DNA from: an uncultured virus (IMG/VR IMGVR_UViG_3300027969_000051)
Lineage: Duplodnaviria > Heunggongvirae > Uroviricota > Caudoviricetes
IMG/VR virus record: IMGVR_UViG_3300027969_000051
Direction: 5' to 3' (one strand)
DNA length: 64,000 bases
Positions 27,601 through 36,600 of this stretch are shown here, piece by piece. Position 1 is the stretch's first letter; every line of letters begins with the position of its first letter. The translations under genes were made by a program, and so were the position numbers. The notes under the pieces are model-generated. The model saw nothing but the letters and a program-made list of their open reading frames with translations. It was not told the origin of the DNA and made no database searches.

Positions 27601-30600
27601 AGGAATATGGCCAAAATTTGAACCTAAAATTTATCTTGATACAAGTTTAGTTACCCCTCGAATGATGATTCAAGGGCACGACGGAAGTCAAACCTTAGCA
27701 TTTGGTGATTACCGAGATGCTGTAATTTTAGAACTTGAAAAGAAAATTTACAATAATATTAAAGTACAGTATGACCCGTCAATTTTTGATATTAATGATT
27801 TTATTCCTGGATATAATCGAGTAACTGATTATTCATTATCTGAATTTAATACAGTACTAGCACCTAATTTTTACAAATGGATAAATGTTGTCGGAGTAGA
27901 TTTTACAAAACCTCTTAGTTATGACAGAAGTAATAGTTTTACATACAATTATTCGAATGATGTTGCACCAGATGGCAGAAATGTTCCAGGATACTGGAGA
28001 GGAATTTACAGATGGCTGTTAGACACTGATAGACCAAATCTTTGCCCTTGGGAGATGTTAGGGTTTAGTATAGAACCTACTTGGTGGACAACAGTATACG
28101 GACCAGCTCCTTACACTAGTGAAAATAAAGTATTATGGCAGGATTTATCAGATGGCGCAATTAAACAGCCAGGAAAACCTGTAGTAGTTAATAAAAAATA
28201 TGTTCGTCCGTTTTTAATTAATCATATCCCCGTTGACGAAAGTGGAAATATACTTAGTCCTCAAGCATCGGGTCTAGCAACTGGAATCTTTAGACAGAGT
28301 ACTGATAATAATTTCGTATTCGGTGATGTTAGTCCTGTAGAATCTGCATGGAGAAGAAGTAGCCACTTTCCGTTCAGTGTGATAATTGCAACAATGTTAA
28401 TGGCACCTGCAAATACATTCGGGTTGCTTTTAGATAGAAGTCGTATCGTCCGAAACAAGGCTAAACAATTAGTGTATCGAGATACCGGACTTAGAATAAG
28501 ACCGATGGATATTGTTGTACCAAGTACATATTTTAGTCCGACTCGTATCCCAACAGCCGGTATTGTTAATTACCTAGTTGATTACATTCTTAGTTTTTCA
28601 TTCACTGACAATCTTCTTCAGTATACACGATATGCTAGTGATTTATCACTAATAAATGTCCAACTGAGTTATAGGATCGGTGCGTTTACAAACAAAGATA
28701 AATTTAATTTATTGTTAGAATCTAAAACGCCGTTGAGTACTGGCAACGTGTTTATACCTCAAGAAGATTATCAAGTATTTTTAAACACATCTAGTCCTAT
28801 TAAAAAATTAACATATAGCGGAGTAATAATTACCAAGCTATCAACAGGATTTGAAGTTAAAGGATATAGCCTAACCCAGCCGTATTTTAAAATATACAAC
28901 TATTTGCAATCCGGCACTACTATTAATGTGGGCGGTATCTCTGAAAATTATGTTAATTGGACCGCTGGCCAACAATATATTAGCGGCACGATTGTAAAAT
29001 ATTCAAATAAATTCTTTAGATCAATTTCAACAAACACTGCGGCCTCAGCATTCGATGCAACTAATTTTGCATCATTGCCTGAATTACCAATAGTCGGTGG
29101 TGTCAACGCAATTTTTAGAAAAAAATGGGACACTGATGAAGAAGTTACAATCCCGTATGGTACTACATTTAAAACTGTACAACAGGTTGTTGATTTTCTT
29201 TTAGGGTACGGCGAATGGTTAACTGCTCAAGGATTTGAATTTAATACATTCAACAGTAATCTCGGGTCAATCAGCAATTGGTCAACTAGTAGCAAAGAAT
29301 TTATGTTCTGGACTACACAAAATTGGTCAACTGGCCAGGATAAGTGGAGTGACTGGATTGCCGAGCAACCATACACTTATGGATCTATTGTTAGATACAA
29401 CGGGGATTATTACAGTGCAAATTATAACATTTTACCGTCTGCGATATTTGACAGTACTAATTATACTAAATTAGACGGGCTAAGTGAGCTTGGAAGTTCT
29501 GTCATTAGTCTAAGTCCCGGCGCAAGCGGAATTAAATTCACTACGGCGTTGTCAGTAGTAGATAATATTACTAATCCGTTTAACGTATATGAATTTTTTA
29601 AAGTTGACGGCACTCCTATTAATTCTAGAGACCTCGATAGTTACCGAGAAGGAAACGAAGTTTCGTACACTCCAAAAACGAACGACGGAATATACTGCGC
29701 TAGTTTTTATCTAATCCAGAACGAACATGTTATTGTAATCAATAACATTGATATATTTAATGATGTAATTTATAATCCAACTAGTGGATATCGACGAGAT
29801 CGTATTAAAATATCTGGCTATGTGACAACTAACTGGTACGGCGGATTAGACATTCCTGGCTTTATATTTGATCAAGCTGTTATAAACAATTGGCAGGCTT
29901 GGCAAGACTACAATATGGGAGATGTAGTAGCATACCAAGGCAACTATTATAGTGCTATCACTTTCTTAGCCGGCACACAAGCATTTAATACTGCTAGTTG
30001 GTCTCGTCTAAGTAAAAAACCAAACTCTGCAATTTTGCCGAACTGGACGAACCTTGCAACTCAGTTTACAGATTTTTATGGGCTTGATATTGAAGGGTTC
30101 GATACTGCCCAACAAACTATGTCTCATCATTTAATTGGATATCAAAAGCGTGAATATCTTAACAATATTATTCAAGACGATGTTAGCGAATTTAAATTCT
30201 ATCAAGGAATGATTCGAGAAAAGGGTACACAGAACGTTCTTAATAAATTATTCGGGGTGTTAACAAACAACAACGAAGACAGTTTAAAATTTTATGAAGA
30301 GTGGGCACTTCGTGTTGGTAGATACGGTGCAGAATCAGCTTTTGAAGATATTGAAATTGTTTTAGATGAAGCACTTTTTAGAAATAACCCTCAGGGATAT
30401 GTATTAGTTCCTAGGAAAGATAAAAACATTAATTCATTTATTGTTCAGCAAACTCCAAATGATGTGTATTTAAAACCGTTAGGGTATAATTCAAATCCAT
30501 TTCCAGCTGTTGTAGATCACACTCCTCTACTACGATCAGCCGGATATGTTAATCCTGTTGATGTAACATTTAGTCTTGGTACTATAGCTGACATTTTAAC

Positions 30601-33600
30601 TAAAGATATTGATACATTAAACAATGGCGGGTATGCATGGGCGGCGTTTGAAGGAGCCTCTTGGAACATTTATAGATTTACTGATTTACAAATTAGAGTA
30701 ACTGATGTAAGTTATAATTTACCAACTAAAACTTTAAGCATTAGTACAGCAAATATAATTCCGTTTAAGGAAGGGTCGTATGTAGGTCTATCACAAGTTG
30801 CATTGTTAAAAGGATTTTATAAAGTTGAATCAGTTAAACTAAATGTCTTTACGGTATCAGCAACTATTGCTAGTTTTCCGCAGTCGTTTACCCAACAAGG
30901 TGAACTAGTAGTGTATTCATTAATATCACGCCGTGCTCCTTCTATTGATTCGATTGATCAACTGATACTTTCACATCTATCTCCTGGAGAGTTAATATGG
31001 ACTGACGATGACGGCACCGGCAAATGGGCTAGTTGGAAATACGACCCAATTTATAATAGTACTCCAGTTAGAAATCCAACTCCCCAAAGTAATTTCTTAT
31101 TTGGTACCTCGATGACAGTAGATAAAAACAGTTCAATTTTAGCTGTTGGGAATTCTCAAGGAACTGTTCTTATATACGATAAGGTTGGCCGAGCAGTACC
31201 GTGGGTACAGCGAGATACCTTAGATATACCTTTTATAGTTAAAAACAGCCAACTAGATCCTTCTCGAAATCTACAGCCTAATCAAGTTAGTACAATACTT
31301 GCAATTAGTACAGACACTACATGGCTAGCTACTGGTAGTCCCCTTGTAGGTTATGCTTGTTCAGCGTATGTTGGTGACTATGTAAATCAATTATATTCAG
31401 TAGATGATGTTGTAAGAATTCAAACATCAGTAACATCATGGGAATATTATCGAGCGATTGAATCTGTACCCTTAGGTCAAGCGCCGAGCCCGATATCACT
31501 CTATTGGGAAACTATCCCATACATTAGTATTGATAAGAATACTGGCACTGATTCAAATCTTGCAGGCCAAGGAGTTATCAGTATATACAAAAAAGATATT
31601 AATAACGTCTTTTCTCTAGTGGACACGATCATTAGCCCGGTTCCAGCAACTAATGAAAATTTTGGTTCTACATTAAAATTTGGTAATAATACACTATATG
31701 TAGGAGCTACAGGGTATGACAACAATCGCGGCAGAGTATACAAATTAAATTACGTTACAATAATTAACCGCACATATGCATTTAACCCAGTAGGCAGCTC
31801 TGCGAATACTGTAGTGTTGTCTTCATCGTTAGGAGTTCGAGAAGGCATGCTGGTCGAAAGTGTTGGGTTCCCAGCTAGCGCAGAGGTAACAGTTGAGTAC
31901 GTGTTAACTAAGATGACTTTTCTATCGTCGCTGACTATCATTGCCTCAATTACTGCTGGTATGACTGTTGAGGGTAATAATATTCTACCCGGAGTAACGG
32001 TAGTATACAAAGGCGAAGATGTTAACAGTAGTGGCCAAACTACTAATTTATATGTTGTAGTTAAAGGACCACAAGATCTAAGCTCAAACATAACATTAGT
32101 ATTATTTGGCGGTACAATAAGCGTAGCAACTACTGGAGTTTCTAGTTTAAAAACTGTTATCTTAAATGGTACTCCAACTACTACGCCAGTAGGTAATATT
32201 AATTTTGTTACTAAAAACTGGACATATGATTTTAGTGAAGAGTATATTGGCCTAGAAACAGGAAGTAATTTTGGTAGTGCTATCGATTTAAGTATTGACG
32301 AATCGACCCTTGCAATTTCAGCATCTGGCGGGATTAGGGATGGGCAAGTGACTGTTTATAAGAATTCTAGTTTAGTCGGAATACTTTCGTCGCCGACCGC
32401 CGGGGCAGTTTCTAATTTTGGATGTAGTATTTCATTAGACAACACAGGCAGCTTTTTAGTAATTTCAGACCCGTATGCAACACAATCTATTTCCGGGGAA
32501 GGAGTCGTTACAGTATTTTATTACGACACCGTAATTTCTGAATACTTACCATTCCAAGTGCTGACAGATGCACACCCCCAAACAAATGGATTATTTGGTT
32601 ATAAAGTTTCATTTATGAATGACAGCCAGACCATTGCCACACTTAGCAAAAATGGCGATACTTCTATTGAAACTACTTTTAATGTTGGGGGTATAACTAC
32701 TTTCGACAAGCAGTCGACTAATTTTATAACTACACAATTTAATAATGGCCGGGTCGACATTTATGATCGATACAACACTACTTGGGAGTTCAGCGAAAGT
32801 TTAATTTCAACCAATCAACCAAGTGAAGGGTACGGGGTAGGCTTTGCCGTTGGCACAGATCGTGTTGTTGTCAGTGCCCCATTTGCAACTGATAACAGTT
32901 TAAATTCCGGAAGAGTTTACGATTACGGCAAACCTCGTAACACGTTTACCTGGACCATTGATAAATTTGAAACAACAATCCCAGACGTATCTAAAATTAA
33001 AAAAGCGTTCTTATACAACAGAAGTTTAGGAACACTTGTAACATACTTAGACTATGTTGACCCGCTACAAGGTAAAATACCCGGCCCAGCAGAAGAAGAA
33101 ATTAAATTTAAGACATTCTACGATCCTGCAATTTATTCACTAGGAACTGATGCAGTAACCGTTGATAGTAATTCGTATTGGAACGATGAGCAAGTTGGTA
33201 TGTTGTGGTGGAATTTAAGCACTGCTAAGTTCCTTAATAATTATTTTGACGATGTTGGATATAGAAATAATACGTGGAACACACTGGCAACCGGAGCATC
33301 GATTGACATCTATGAGTGGGTTGGCACTAAACTAAAACCGGAACAGTGGGATGCTAAAGCTGACACCCCTGCAGGTATATCGGTTGGTATTAGCGGAACT
33401 TCTTTATACGGAGCCGGAGTATATAGCGCATCACAGACATACGACACTGTTAGTAAGGCTTTTATTACTACATATTTTTTCTGGGTTAAGAACAAAAAAG
33501 TTGTTCCAAATATACCTGGAAGATATTTAACAGCTAGTGATATTTCATCGTTAATTACAAATCCTAGAGGCCAGGGCTATACTTGTTTAGCATTAACTGG

Positions 33601-36600
33601 CACAAATTCGTTTAGTTTAATTAATGCCGGAAAATATTTGCAAGATACTAATGTGGTATTAGCAATAGAATATTGGACCATTGATAAAACTGATCAAAAT
33701 ATTCACAGCCAATGGCGTTTGATTAGTAATAATGATGTGACACAAATTCCGCCTCGTATTGAAACAAAGTGGATTGACAGCCTATGTGGGAAGGATACAC
33801 GCGGTAGAGAAGTACCAGATCGTGGATTGCCAGTTAAATTGCGATACGGTGTTGAAAATAGACCACGCCAGGGTATGTTCATTAATAGAATAGAAGCAAT
33901 CAAAGAAACTGTAGAACATATTAATTCGGTATTAATCCTTAACCAGATTACACAAAGCAGAGATATTTCTCCGTTATTTGAAAAAGATGCTGAGCCAACA
34001 TTACTAAGCGGCGTGTATGACGTTGTAGTCGACACTAATGCAGAATTAAACTATACCGGATATCGTGCGTTTATTCGACCAGAATTACAACCAGTTATCG
34101 TGAATGGTCGCATTACATCGATCTCAATAGTATCTAGTGGTAAGGGATATGCTAACCCACCGTTTATTACTATATCAGGATCAGGTGCTGGTGCAGTAGC
34201 ACAAGCTATTCTTGATATTTCTGGGTCTATTATCGGCGCAAAGATTATTAACAGCGGCGAGGGATATAACAGTAATACTACCGTTAGCATTAGAGATTAC
34301 AGTGTTTTAGTGCATACTGATAACTCTGCAGAATACGGATGGGCTGTTTTTTCATATGCTCCCGAAGTACAACAGTGGGAAAGAGCTAGTACTCAAGGAT
34401 ACGATGTTACAAAGTATTGGAGTTATACAGATTGGTATCTTCCAGATTCTGGAATTAATCAATTTACTGGCCCGGATTTTATTATTGATAGTTATTCAGA
34501 TATAACATCAGTAGAACAATCTTTAATCAAGATAGCAACAGCCGGCCCGACAGTAGCTGATATTTTAAATCCGTTAGTTAAAATTAAAAACGGCAATTCA
34601 GGTAAATGGGTGCTATTATATAGATCTAGTGAAAGTCTTGAATATAATAACGACTGGACAAACTTATATACTGTAGTCGGTGTACAGGATGGAACAATAC
34701 AATTAAATTCTAACTTGTATAGATTTGATAACACAACAGTTGGATATGATTCGAGTATTTTTGATTCATCAGAATTTGACGTAGAGGCTAGTACTGAACT
34801 TCGAATCATACTTACTGCTATTCGAAAAAATATTTTAATCGATGAGCTTGAGCAAGAATATTTAAACACATTCTTTACAGGTGTAAGATTTGCGCATAGA
34901 GAACAACCATATATTGATTGGATCTTTAAAACAAGTTTTGTTAGAGCAACACATGATGCTGGCTCATTAGATCAACCAGTCAATTATCCAGCTGATAATC
35001 TAAGTAATTTCCAAGATTATATTAATGAAGTCAAACCGTACAAAACTAAAGTTCGCGAATACATTACTAGATTTACTAATCTTGATGTAGGGTCAACTGC
35101 CATAACTGATTTTGACCTGCAACCGACATTGATTAATGATGTAATAACAACTATCGATGCAACGGTAGTTAACGGAGCAATAGTATCTAGAAGCTCTGAA
35201 CTAGAAACTTATCCATTTAAATTCTGGTACGATAATGCAGGGTACACTGTTACGGATATACAACTATTCGATGGAGGCAGCGGTTACATAACTGACCCTG
35301 TAGTAATAATCACTGGTTCTAGCAAAGTGCAAGCGACCGCAAGAGCATATGTATCTAACGGAAAAGTTAATCGAGTAATAATGATAACTACCGGTGCGGG
35401 ATACTTAGTAGCCCCTACGATTACATTTGCAGGCGGTCTAGCACTGGGCGGTGTTAATGCAAAAGGAGTTGCTATACTTGGCAATGGTGTTGTTAGGTCT
35501 CAACGCACTGCACTTAAATTTGATAGAACAACTCAAACATATTATATCACTGATCTGCAAGTAGTAGAAACATTTACAGGGTCAGGCAGTCGATTGCAGT
35601 TTGCACTAAAATGGGCTCCAGATATTCGCGTAGGTAAGACTTCGGTCGCTATTAACGGGTTTCCTATTCTGAGAGAATTATTTAAGGTAACATTGATTAC
35701 GGAAAAAATCAATGGAGTAACACAATACTCTGGAAAAATTACGTTTGTAACAGCCCCAGCAAATGCTTCTACAATCGTAGTTACATACACAAAAGATACT
35801 GTAATGTTAAACGCCGCAGATAGAATCTTACATTACTATAATCCAACAACTGGACAACTAGGTAAAGATCTAACTCAGTTAATGACCGGGGTTGACTACG
35901 GCGGTGTGATAGTTAGCGGTTTAGGGTTTGATATAAGTGGCGGCTGGGGAACACAAGGTTGGGGCACCGATAAATGGGATAATCGAGATCCAACATTTAA
36001 CGATTATATTGTTCAAGTGTCGGCAAACACGCATTCATTTACTTACCCTAATAACTTCGCAGCCCCAGCGGTTGGAACAGCAATAAATGTATACTATGTT
36101 GAGAAAAAATCAGTTACATATACTGTTGATAGTACTCGTGCAACCGGATACAACTTTGATGTTGAAATTATTTCACCTGCTGTGTCTATCTCGTCTACAA
36201 CAACCTCAGCGGCTGTTACGTCAACATATGATGCGTTAAACAGTTTTGGTTTTACATTGCGAGTAGCAAGTACAGCAAATATCGTAGTAGGAATGGTAAT
36301 TAGTGGCACTGGATTCACATTAAGGCAACAAGTAACTGCTGTTGTTAACTCTACAACACTAACTATTAGTGCAGTTCCTGACAGCGTGCCTAGCGGTACT
36401 TTGAGATTTTCAAATAATGCTGGTAGTTTTATATTGTCAGTAGCAAGCGTTGCAAATTTAGAAGTTGGCAATATTGTTACCTGCGCATCGGTAAGTGCAT
36501 TTAGTTATAACACAACAATTAAATCAATTGATACAACAAATAACGCGATTACATTGAGCAACGTTCTATCTCGCGTGTTAGCAAGTGGGGTAACGATCAC